A stretch of 32,000 bases of DNA from Aquifex aeolicus VF5 (GTDB lineage: Bacteria; Aquificota; Aquificia; Aquificales; Aquificaceae), in NCBI RefSeq assembly GCF_000008625.1, contig NC_000918.1:1500001-1532000 (forward strand), in the 5' to 3' direction. Positions 1-8,457 of this stretch are shown here, in pieces. The position numbers and the translations under genes were made by a program. The notes below the pieces were generated by a model that ran no database searches, had not been told where the DNA came from, and worked only from the letters and a program-made list of their open reading frames with translations. Each line of letters opens with the position of its first letter. The first letter of the stretch is position 1.

Positions 1-2
1 GC

Positions 3-86
3 TTTAAGAACGCTTACGTTGACCTAAAGAGAATAGAAAAGGACTTAAAGTCTTCTGAAGAAGAGGGAAAGAACAACTCCGATTAA
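3..86 (+). CDS. C-terminal fragment of an upstream protein (starts before the window)
   Basis: Frame 3 is open from the window edge: FKNAYVDLKRIEKDLKSSEEEGKNNSD then TAA at 84-86. It overlaps the minus-strand transporter tail to tail. Confidence 0.55.
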   Translation, partial: FKNAYVDLKRIEKDLKSSEEEGKNNSD

Positions 87-938
87 GTTCTGTGAGAGAC
101 TAAAAATAGCGGAGGGAAGAGCGGAGACTTTTGAAAAGTACTTTAGAGCGAGAACCGTGGAAAGTCCAGAGTTTTGCATACCCACCTCTATTGAAAGGGC
201 TTTCACCTTCCTTTTATCAAGCCCGGCCAACAGCCCGAAAAGGTATCCCAGGAGAAAACCGAGGACGTTGTGAATCAAAACCACACTCAGAACGAGAAAA
301 GAGAGTTCCTTTAAAAGTTTTGAGTTCAGGGCAAATATTACAGCGATTATGAGGGAAATTGAGAAAACCGCCAGGAAAGGTAAAAACTTTTCAACTTTGT
401 TTATTTGGTATCTCAGGAAGTAGCGAAGAACCATACCGAGTAAAACGGGAACTATAACTATCTTCAAGGTAGTTTCAAACATAGAAAGGAATGGAACTTC
501 TACGTACTTGCCCGCGAGAACGTATGTCCATAGTGGGGTAAAAAGAGGTGAGAGTAGGGTTGATGTGGTCGTCATTGAGATTGAGTAAGATAAATCTCCT
601 CTGGATAGGTAAGTTATCAAATTGGAGGCGGTTCCGCCCGGAGCACTCCCGACGAGCACAACGCCCACAAGCAGTTCCGGGGGAAGTTTGAAGAGTTTTG
701 AGAGAAGATAACCGCTCAGGGGCATTACCGTGTACTGCAAAAGTGCACCGTAAAAGACTATAAAGGGCTTTCTCGCTATTTCCTTGAAGTCCTCAGGGGT
801 AAGCGTGAGCCCCATTGAGAGCATAATCACTATCAGGAGGGGAAGTATAAGGGGTTTTAGGTTTGCGAAGAATTCAGGAAAGAGTATCCCGAGGAGCGAG
901 AGCGATACGAGAATGAGTAAAAAGGAAAAGTCCTTCAT
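45..938 (-). CDS. Bile acid:sodium symporter (BASS) family transporter
   Basis: 297 aa hydrophobic protein with the family-like segment LVGSAPGGTASNLITYLSRGDLSYSISMTTTSTLLSPLFTP and VGMQNSGLSTVLA. Confidence 0.85.
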   Translation of the reverse strand: MKDFSFLLILVSLSLLGILFPEFFANLKPLILPLLIVIMLSMGLTLTPEDFKEIARKPFIVFYGALLQYTVMPLSGYLLSKLFKLPPELLVGVVLVGSAPGGTASNLITYLSRGDLSYSISMTTTSTLLSPLFTPLWTYVLAGKYVEVPFLSMFETTLKIVIVPVLLGMVLRYFLRYQINKVEKFLPFLAVFSISLIIAVIFALNSKLLKELSFLVLSVVLIHNVLGFLLGYLFGLLAGLDKRKVKALSIEVGMQNSGLSTVLALKYFSKVSALPSAIFSLSQNLIGVVLSLFFRRL

Positions 939-977
939 TTCTTAGGATTTTAAATTGCGTGTGATAAAATCCCAAGT

Positions 978-1106
978 ATGGACAACACTACTTTGATCGT
1001 TGTCCTGTTCGTAATAGGTGTTTTATTCGGAATTGTAGCCTTCGGTATGGTTCTCAGGCTTTATCAAAGGGAAAAGGGTGGAAAGGGAAGTTCTGAAGAT
1101 TCTTAA
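978..1106 (+). CDS. Small single-span membrane protein, 42 aa (not in the supplied ORF track)
   Basis: ATG at 978-980, TAA at 1104-1106; [42 protein letters not shown]. One TM helix and basic tail. Overlaps the GTG-start gene at 1078. Confidence 0.45.
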   Translation: MDNTTLIVVLFVIGVLFGIVAFGMVLRLYQREKGGKGSSEDS

Positions 1107-1431
1107 TGAACCGCTGGTGATTTTCTTTATCTGGATGGCTGTTCTTTACCTGATAGCCACGGTATTTCTCACTAAACGCTTTGCCTTCTGGGTGTCTTCA
1201 CTCCTCACGACCTACCTCTGGCTCAAGATGGGAATGGACGAAAAAGCCCTTCTCTTTGCGTGGGGTGTTATATTCCTTATTCTGTTCGTAGTCTACGTTG
1301 CGAGTGTCTTGTTTCACATACCTCCCTTTACCTTCTTTACTGGTAAAAAACTCTGCAAAGTTTGTTACATGGCTGTTCCCAGAAAGGCAAAGATATGCCC
1401 TTACTGTCACTCTGAGTTAAACGGTTCGTAA
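1078..1431 (+). CDS. Hypothetical membrane protein with C-terminal zinc-ribbon-like Cys pairs
   Basis: 117 aa, GTG start, TM segments, then [22 protein letters not shown]. Confidence 0.6.
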
Positions 1432-2318
1432 AGCTGAGGTCTGTATCCCCTCATGAAGTCCTCTCCGCGCATCTTCTTTCCTTTGGGCGAAATTAATTCA
1501 AGAATTTCTAAAGATTTTTCTCCGCACGCCACTATGAGCCTTTTCGTGTCCTGTATCTCTCCGGGGTATCCCTCCAAATCCACAACCCTCGCTTTTAGTA
1601 TCTTTATCCTGTTTCCCCTGAACGTGGTGTACGCGTTGGGATAGAGTCCTCTAATCCTGTCTCTCACACTTTCAGCAGAAGCTTTCCAGCAAATTCTGTA
1701 CTCTTCCTTTTGAACAGGCGGGGCGTAGGTGGCCTCCTCGTGGTTCTGGGGAACGGGCTTTACTTTGCCTTCAAACCAAAGTCTTAGGGTGTTTACGAGG
1801 AGTTTAGCTCCGCTTTTTGCGAGTTTTTCGGATAGGGTTAGGAAGTTATCTTCCTCTTCAATGGGAATTTTTTCCTGAGCGAGTATGTCTCCCGCGTCCA
1901 TCTCCTCATTTACGAGCATGACCGTGTTGCCCGTTTCCTTTTCCCCAGCCATGATTGCCCTCTGGATTGGTGCGGCTCCCCTGTACTTGGGAAGGAGTGA
2001 GGCGTGAAGGTTTATCGTTTTGTAAGGAGGAAGGTCCAGAACTTCTTTCGGAAGTATCTTTCCGTAAGCGACCACCACTATACAGTCTGGTTTCAGTTCT
2101 TCTACGAGTGGTATTAATTCTTTTTTCTTCTCGGGCTGGTATATGGGAATTCCCAGTTTCTGGGCGAGCACTTTGGTGGGTGGAGGGGTTAATTTCTTTC
2201 CCCTTCCCGCCGGTTTGTCGGGTTGGGCAACCACTCCTATGACCTTGAAGTTTTTAGCGAACTCCTCCAGAGAGGGGACCGCGAACTGGGGAGTTCCCAT
2301 GAAGAGGATTCTCTTCAA
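1407..2318 (-). CDS. fmt: Methionyl-tRNA formyltransferase
   Basis: [63 protein letters not shown]: diagnostic Fmt motifs. Confidence 0.97.
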
Positions 2319-3163
2319 GACTGCACCTTCCAGTTGTCTATGAGTCTGGCATTTCCTACCCTTACAGCGACTAGAATTCTGTCCCCCTTCTCAACAGTTT
2401 CCTTCGGGTTTAAGTTCTGGTCCGTTATCTCCACGTAGTCCACTCCCTTAACGTGAGGGTGTCTCTCTATAAAAGCCCTTATCGCCTCCTTTATCCTTTT
2501 TGCATCCCTCTCTCCCGCCTTTATCATCTTCTCCGCGAGGAGGAAGGACTTGTAAATGGAAAGGGCTGATTCCCTCTCTTCTGGGGAGAGGTAAACGTTT
2601 CTGGAGCTGTAAGCGAGTCCGTCTTCTTCCCTCACTATCGGCACGGGAACTATCTCAACGGGAATGTTGAGGTCCTCCACCACCTGCTCTATTATCTTGA
2701 GTTGCTGGTAATCCTTTTCCCCGAAGTACGCCCTGTTTGGCTGAACTATGTTAAAGAGTTTTACGACTATCGTAGCCACTCCGTCAAAGTGTCCCGGTCT
2801 GAACTCTCCTTCCAGTACCTTACCGAGTTCCCCTACGCACACCTTAGTTCTATAGCCCTTCGGGTATATTTCGTCAACTTCCGGTGCAAATACAACGTCA
2901 ACACCCTCTTCTTCGCAGATTTCAAGGTCTCTCTCCAGATCCCTCGGATACCTGTCGTAGTCTTCTCCCTCTCCGAACTGAGTCGGGTTCACGAAGATGC
3001 TCACAACAACTATGTCGTTCTGCATTCTGGCGAGTTTTATAAGCTGTCTGTGCCCTTCATGGAGGTATCCCATGGTGGGAACGAAGCCTATTTCCTTTCC
3101 TTCACACCTCTTGTTTTTCAGGAAGTTTCTCAAGTCCTTAATTTTCTTAAACAGGAGTGGCAT
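2315..3163 (-). CDS. panC: Pantothenate synthetase
   Basis: [64 protein letters not shown]: PanC motifs. Confidence 0.97.
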
Positions 3164-3183
3164 CGCTAAATATTATATATTTT

Positions 3184-3528
3184 ATGAGGTTATACGGTAT
3201 TCCCTCCGAGGACAGAGCTGAAGAAATAGCGAATAACATAAAGGAAGGGGAGTGGGTATTCGTGGACAGGCAGGAAAATAAAAAGGAATTTCTGAGTGCA
3301 GAAGAGGCAAGGGAGAAGTTCAAGGAGCTCATAAATCAGGTAAGGAGCTGGAAAGAACAGATGAGCACCCTCTCCAAGTACGCAATATTTATATTCGTTG
3401 ACGATACACAAAATCCGAAGGCTATAAAGGTTTACGACACTTCCTCTCTCGGCTGTTCAACTAGCCTCGTTCCAGAAAGGTGGAGACTTTACAGAAAGGA
3501 GATGGAAGGTGAGTTCAATGATAATTAA
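3184..3528 (+). CDS. Conserved hypothetical protein
   Basis: ORF track 3157..3528; the internal ATG at 3184 (MRLYGIPSEDRAEEIANNIKEGEW) is more plausible than the GTG at 3157. Soluble, 114 aa. Confidence 0.6.
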   Translation: MRLYGIPSEDRAEEIANNIKEGEWVFVDRQENKKEFLSAEEAREKFKELINQVRSWKEQMSTLSKYAIFIFVDDTQNPKAIKVYDTSSLGCSTSLVPERWRLYRKEMEGEFNDN

Positions 3529-4153
3529 GGTAATACCGGTCGGTCCCATAGCCGTAAACTGCTCGGTAGTGGCGGACGAAAAGAGTGGAGAAGCCATAAT
3601 AATTGACCCCGGAGCGGAGGCGGAAAAGATTTTAGAAGCTGTGAAGGACTTCAAAGTTGTGGGAATAGTTGCGACCCACGGACACATAGACCACGTGGGG
3701 CAGGTTGGGAAACTCAAAGAACTCTTTGACGTCCCTTTTTACATGAATCCACTTGACAAGTTTTTAATTAACGACGAGATTTGGAGCGGTTTTGCTTCCT
3801 ACATCGGTGCGGTTCCCTGTCCCGAGCCCGATGTAGAGATAAGTGAAGGAGACGTTATAAGAGTGGGAGATGTGGAATTTAAAGTCCTTCACACACCGGG
3901 ACACACGCCCGGGCTTTGCTGTCTTTACGAGGAAAAGAGGAGGGTTTTGATAGCGGGGGACCTTCTCTTTAAGGGAAGCGTGGGGAGGTGGGACCTTCCA
4001 GGAGGAAACCTCGTGGAGCTTAAAAAATCCGTAAAAAGGGTTCTTACAGAGCTTCCGCAGGACACACTCGTTATATGCGGGCACTACGACGAGACAACGA
4101 TAGGGCAGGAAAGGGCTTTTAATCCCTTTGCAGGAGAGCTTTTGAATGGATGA
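3509..4153 (+). CDS. Metallo-beta-lactamase fold hydrolase (glyoxalase II-like)
   Basis: THGHIDHVGQVGKL, HTPGHTPGLCCLY, GDLLFKGSVGRWDLPGG, GHYDETTIGQERAFNPF. Start is either GTG 3509 or the ATG three codons later. Confidence 0.9.
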   Translation: MSSMIIKVIPVGPIAVNCSVVADEKSGEAIIIDPGAEAEKILEAVKDFKVVGIVATHGHIDHVGQVGKLKELFDVPFYMNPLDKFLINDEIWSGFASYIGAVPCPEPDVEISEGDVIRVGDVEFKVLHTPGHTPGLCCLYEEKRRVLIAGDLLFKGSVGRWDLPGGNLVELKKSVKRVLTELPQDTLVICGHYDETTIGQERAFNPFAGELLNG

Positions 4154-4907
4154 AGTAGTAAGGCTTGAACACATTTACAAGGAGATAGAAGGAAGAGTAA
4201 TATTGAAAGATGTAAATTTTTCCGTTTACAAGGGGGAGATTTTCTCCATAATAGGGGGAAGCGGGAGCGGAAAGACTTCCATAACAAAACTGATAGTGGG
4301 TCTGTGGAAGCCGACAAAGGGTAAAGTTCTCGTTTTCAGGAAAAACGTTCCGGAACTTTCGGGACTCGAACTTGACGAACTTCGCAAAAACATAGGCTAT
4401 GTCTTTCAGGAAGGGGCACTCTTTGACAGTTACAGAGTCTGGGAAAACGTGGTTTTTTATTACTTAGAACACGGAAAGCACAATAAGGAAGAACTAAGGA
4501 AAATGGCACTTGAGAACCTGAAACTTGTAAATGTGGATGAGAGTGTTCTTGACCTTTACCCTTCCGAACTTTTTGGAGGTATGCGAAAGAGGGTAGCGAT
4601 TGCAAGAGCAATAGCTACGAGACCCCAGTTAATCATATACGACGAGCCAACTTCCGGACTCGACCCCATCACGAGCAGAGTCATAGACAAACTAATCTTA
4701 GAACTCAGGAACAAAACGGGAACGACTTCCCTCGTGGTTACCCACGATATGATATCCGCCTTTACGATATCCGACAGGGTTATGGTCATAAAAAACGGGG
4801 AAATTATAGCAATAGGAAAGCCTGATGAAGTTATAGACTACCCCCACCCCTACATTCAGGAGTTCGTGGGAGCTATCAAGTCCTGCCTCAAACACGCCAA
4901 GGTTTAG
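4146..4907 (+). CDS. ABC transporter ATP-binding protein, MlaF/Ttg2A-like
   Basis: Walker A GGSGSGKTSITK, LFGGMRKRVAIARAI signature, LIIYDEPTSGLDPITSRVIDKLI, VVTHD. Confidence 0.85.
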   Translation: MDEVVRLEHIYKEIEGRVILKDVNFSVYKGEIFSIIGGSGSGKTSITKLIVGLWKPTKGKVLVFRKNVPELSGLELDELRKNIGYVFQEGALFDSYRVWENVVFYYLEHGKHNKEELRKMALENLKLVNVDESVLDLYPSELFGGMRKRVAIARAIATRPQLIIYDEPTSGLDPITSRVIDKLILELRNKTGTTSLVVTHDMISAFTISDRVMVIKNGEIIAIGKPDEVIDYPHPYIQEFVGAIKSCLKHAKV

Positions 4908-4916
4908 AATAAACCT

Positions 4917-5540
4917 ATGCTCAAAAATCCCCTCTTTATCCACGGATGGGCGTTTTCCTCAAAGGTATTTAATGACTTTCACGGTATAAAGTACGACCTT
5001 CCCGGGCACGGAAAAAATAAAAATCCCTACGAGAGTATAGAAAAAGTAGTGGAAGAAATTGGAAAAATAGCCACTTCAAAACACGACGTTGTAGGCTGGT
5101 CCCTTGGAGGAAGTCTGGCACTTCTTTTCGCTTACAGGTATCCAGAAAAGGTAAACAGGTTGATCCTTATAGGGACCACTCCCCACTTTAAAGGAGCGTG
5201 GAGCGAAAAGAATATAAGGGCTATGAAACTCCTGATAAAGAAGAAGGGGATAAAAGCTTTCAGGGAACTAGCCTACGGGAAATTTGAGGACTTCTTTGAC
5301 GAGGAGCAGGGCATGAGATTTCTTGAGGACTACGTGAACCTGAACTTGTACACTGTACTTCCCTATATAAAGAAGGAGGTTTACCTGATACACGGAGTTT
5401 CGGACAGAATAGTTCCGTATTCAGAAGCTTACAAACTGCATAGAGCTTTAAAATGCTCTAAATTAATCCTTCTCGGAGGAGGACACTTCCCTGTCAGAAA
5501 TGAAGAACACCTTAGGAAGGCAATTCTCAAGGGCTACTGA
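4917..5540 (+). CDS. Alpha/beta hydrolase, BioH-like (pimeloyl-ACP methyl ester esterase candidate)
   Basis: FIHGWAFSS, nucleophile elbow GWSLGGSLA, HGVSDRIVPYSEA, GGHFP; overlaps a BioC-like gene. Confidence 0.7.
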   Translation: MLKNPLFIHGWAFSSKVFNDFHGIKYDLPGHGKNKNPYESIEKVVEEIGKIATSKHDVVGWSLGGSLALLFAYRYPEKVNRLILIGTTPHFKGAWSEKNIRAMKLLIKKKGIKAFRELAYGKFEDFFDEEQGMRFLEDYVNLNLYTVLPYIKKEVYLIHGVSDRIVPYSEAYKLHRALKCSKLILLGGGHFPVRNEEHLRKAILKGY

Positions 5541-6153
5541 AACCTACGAAAAGTGGGCAGTTCCCCAGAGAAAGTCTGCAAAAATCCTAGTGGAGTTCGT
5601 GAAGCCCTCAGGCCTGGTTCTTGACCTCGGGTGTGGGACGGGCTTTGTTTCAGAATTTGTAAATGACTGCGAAGTCGTAGGACTTGATATCTCGGAGGGA
5701 ATGGCAAAAGCCTACAGGGAAAAGTTCAGGAAGGTAGTTATCGGTAATGCGGAAAATCTGCCCTTTAAAGATAGGAGTTTTGACTTCGTTCTGAGTAACT
5801 TCTCCCTTCACTGGAGCGACTGGAGGAAAAGTATAAGGGAAGCCCTGAGAGTTTGTAAAAATTTCGTAGGTGTGGCCATTCCCGTCTACGGAAGTGTAAG
5901 TTTTTCGGAATTTCCCTTTCCCAAGGCGGAAGAAATTTTAGAGGAGTTCAAACCACAGGAGTTCAAAATCATCAACCTGGAAATCCCTTTCAGGGGAATG
6001 GAGCTCATTAAGTTTTTCCACTACACGGGAACTGCAAACTTCACGGGAAAGAAAAACTTCAAAACCAAGAGGGAACTCATAAAACTTTCCAAGGACTTAG
6101 AAAAAGAATACTTTAAGGTCCTGTTCTTAAAGCTCAAGAGCAGAGCTTTTTAA
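5500..6153 (+). CDS. bioC: SAM-dependent methyltransferase, BioC-like (malonyl-ACP O-methyltransferase)
   Basis: RQFSRATETYEKWAVPQRKSA, VLDLGCGTGFVSEF, DISEGMAKAYREKF, LPFKDRSFDFVLSNFSLHWSD: BioC-like N terminus and motif I. Confidence 0.8.
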   Translation: MKNTLGRQFSRATETYEKWAVPQRKSAKILVEFVKPSGLVLDLGCGTGFVSEFVNDCEVVGLDISEGMAKAYREKFRKVVIGNAENLPFKDRSFDFVLSNFSLHWSDWRKSIREALRVCKNFVGVAIPVYGSVSFSEFPFPKAEEILEEFKPQEFKIINLEIPFRGMELIKFFHYTGTANFTGKKNFKTKRELIKLSKDLEKEYFKVLFLKLKSRAF

Positions 6154-6439
6154 GGATTTCTCCCAGAGAAGTTACCACCTGACTGTTTGGAATAACCTCG
6201 TCAACTCCCAGCTCCTTTGCCTTTTGAATTAAGGGAACGTTCTTATGCCCGCAGTATCCCACAACTTTCTTTCCCTTTTCTTTTAGCTCCTTAACCACTT
6301 CCAGACCTTTAGGAGATTCAAGGTTTACGACTCCCGCGCACGCCTCTTCTTTATCGGAAATCTCAAAACCCTGTGAACTCAAAAGAGACCTAACTCTTGA
6401 GGCCAGTATAAGGTTCGTGTCGTAGAGAAAGACCTTCAT
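6134..6439 (-). CDS. Hypothetical protein with receiver-like/Rossmann-like periodicity
   Basis: 101 aa MKVFLYDTNLILASRVRSLLSSQGFEISDKEE...VVGYCGHKNVPLIQKAKELGVDEVIPNS; convergent with bioC. Confidence 0.6.
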   Translation of the reverse strand: MKVFLYDTNLILASRVRSLLSSQGFEISDKEEACAGVVNLESPKGLEVVKELKEKGKKVVGYCGHKNVPLIQKAKELGVDEVIPNSQVVTSLGEILKKLCS

Positions 6440-6461
6440 ACTATGTTAAAATTTTAGGCAA

Positions 6462-8456
6462 ATGACCAACGAGCTTCTTATCGAAATAGGCACGGAGGAG
6501 CTTCCCGCCGGAGTAATAAACCCAGCACTTGATTACTTAAAAGATAAGATAAACTCCCTTCTCAACGCAAGACAAGTAAAAACCTATGGAACACCCAGGA
6601 GACTAACCCTTTACTTTAAAGACTTTGAAAATGAAAGAAAGGAAAAAAAAGAGGTAATATGGGGTCCTCCCAAAAATGTAGCTTACGACGAGAAGGGAAA
6701 TCCCACAAAAGCCCTTGAAGGTTTCCTTAAAAAAAACAACGCATCACTTGAAGAGGTAAAAGTTTTAAAGAAAGACAAAGGCGAGTACGTGGCAATAGTA
6801 AGAAAAGTAATAGAAAAATCACCAATTGAGAAACTTCAGGAAGAGTTTGAAGAAATCCTTCTTTCCGTTCCCTTCCCAAAACGAATGCGCTGGACCTCTT
6901 CAAAGAGGATAACCTTCTCAAGACCTGTCAGGTGGATTCTCGCCCTCTTCAACGGCCAAGTGCTAAAACTGAGGTTCGGAGAACTGGAGAGTTCCAATAA
7001 AACCTACGGCCACAGGTTCTTATCAAAAGGCGAAGTAACGATAAACAACCCAGCAGATTACGAAAAAACCTTGAAAGAACACTACGTTATACCGGACTTC
7101 AACGAAAGGAAGGAGATTATTCTCAGGGCCCTTGAAAAGAGCTCTCAGGAAGTAGGAGGAAAACCCTCTTACCCTGAGGGACTCGTTGAAGAAGTTACGA
7201 ACCTCGTGGAATACCCCTTTCCCGTCCTCGGGAAGTTTGACGAAAAGTACTTAGAACTCCCTCCCCTCGTCATCACAACCGTGGCGGCTCACCATCAGAG
7301 GTTTTTCTGCTTTGAAAAAGACGGAAAACTCTTAAACTACTTCCTCGGAATTAGCAATAACAAGCCAAATGAGAAGATAAAGGAAGGATATGAAAAAGTT
7401 CTGAGAGCGAGGCTGGAGGATGCACTCTTCTTTTACAGGGAAGATTTAAAAAAGGACCTGAAGAGTTTAATCCCCGAACTCAAAAAGGTACTCTTCCACC
7501 CTAAAGTCGGCTCTATGTACGAGAAAGAGGAGAGGATGGAAAAAATAGCCCAGAAGCTCTGTCCACTCCTTAAGTGTGAATGGGAAAAGGTAAAGGAAGC
7601 GGTCTGGCTCTCAAAGGTTGACCTTTTAACGGAGATGGTAAAGGAACTCGACGAACTTCAGGGCTACATGGGATACGTTTACGCAAAAGCTCAGGGCTAC
7701 GACGAAGAAGTTGCAAAAGCCCTCTGGGAGCAGTACTTTCCAAGGAGCTTGGAAGACAAAGTTCCTGAGACCACAACTGGCACAATACTCTCCCTTTCAG
7801 ACAAGATAGACAACCTATACTCCTTCTTTAAAGCGGGAGAAATCCCCAAGGGAAGTTCGGACCCTTACGGACTCAGGAGAAGTGCCTTCGGAATTATAAA
7901 GATCGTGGATGTGAAAAATCTGGACCTCAATCTAGAAGATTTCAAGGAAATATACGGGGAATTTAAGCAATATCCAAAACTCGTTGAATTCCTGAAACAG
8001 AGGTTAATCTCCTACCTTGAGGACTATCCCGTGGATATAGTAAGAGCTGTCCTGAACGTTTACTCTCCCATGGAGCCTTACAAAGTGATAAACAGCGTCA
8101 GAGTACTTTACGAAGCTTCAAAATCCCCTGAATTTCCCTCGGTCGTTGAGGCTGCAAAGCGTGTTATAAGGATAATTCCGAAGGACTGGAAAAATTACGA
8201 GGTTGACGAGAAATTATTAAGTGAGGAGGCTGAGAGGGAGTTGTACCAGAAACTTACAGAGTTTGAAAATAAAGAACTCAAAAGTCCTCTTGAACTGCTT
8301 CCCTTGAAAGAGTACATAGACAAGTTCTTTGACAACGTAAAGGTAATGGCCGAAGACGAAAAAATAAGAAACAACAGGATATCCCTCTTAAAGAGAGTAG
8401 AAAACCTCTTTAGAACGTTCGGAGACTTTAACGAAATTGTTATAAAGGAGGGCTGA
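6462..8456 (+). CDS. glyS: Glycyl-tRNA synthetase beta subunit
   Basis: MTNELLIEIGTEELPAGVINPAL, FPKRMRWTSSKRITFSRPVRWILALFNGQV, ARLEDALFFYREDLK, GSSDPYGLRRSAFGIIKI. Confidence 0.97.
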   Translation: MTNELLIEIGTEELPAGVINPALDYLKDKINSLLNARQVKTYGTPRRLTLYFKDFENERKEKKEVIWGPPKNVAYDEKGNPTKALEGFLKKNNASLEEVKVLKKDKGEYVAIVRKVIEKSPIEKLQEEFEEILLSVPFPKRMRWTSSKRITFSRPVRWILALFNGQVLKLRFGELESSNKTYGHRFLSKGEVTINNPADYEKTLKEHYVIPDFNERKEIILRALEKSSQEVGGKPSYPEGLVEEVTNLVEYPFPVLGKFDEKYLELPPLVITTVAAHHQRFFCFEKDGKLLNYFLGISNNKPNEKIKEGYEKVLRARLEDALFFYREDLKKDLKSLIPELKKVLFHPKVGSMYEKEERMEKIAQKLCPLLKCEWEKVKEAVWLSKVDLLTEMVKELDELQGYMGYVYAKAQGYDEEVAKALWEQYFPRSLEDKVPETTTGTILSLSDKIDNLYSFFKAGEIPKGSSDPYGLRRSAFGIIKIVDVKNLDLNLEDFKEIYGEFKQYPKLVEFLKQRLISYLEDYPVDIVRAVLNVYSPMEPYKVINSVRVLYEASKSPEFPSVVEAAKRVIRIIPKDWKNYEVDEKLLSEEAERELYQKLTEFENKELKSPLELLPLKEYIDKFFDNVKVMAEDEKIRNNRISLLKRVENLFRTFGDFNEIVIKEG

Positions 8457-8457
8457 T

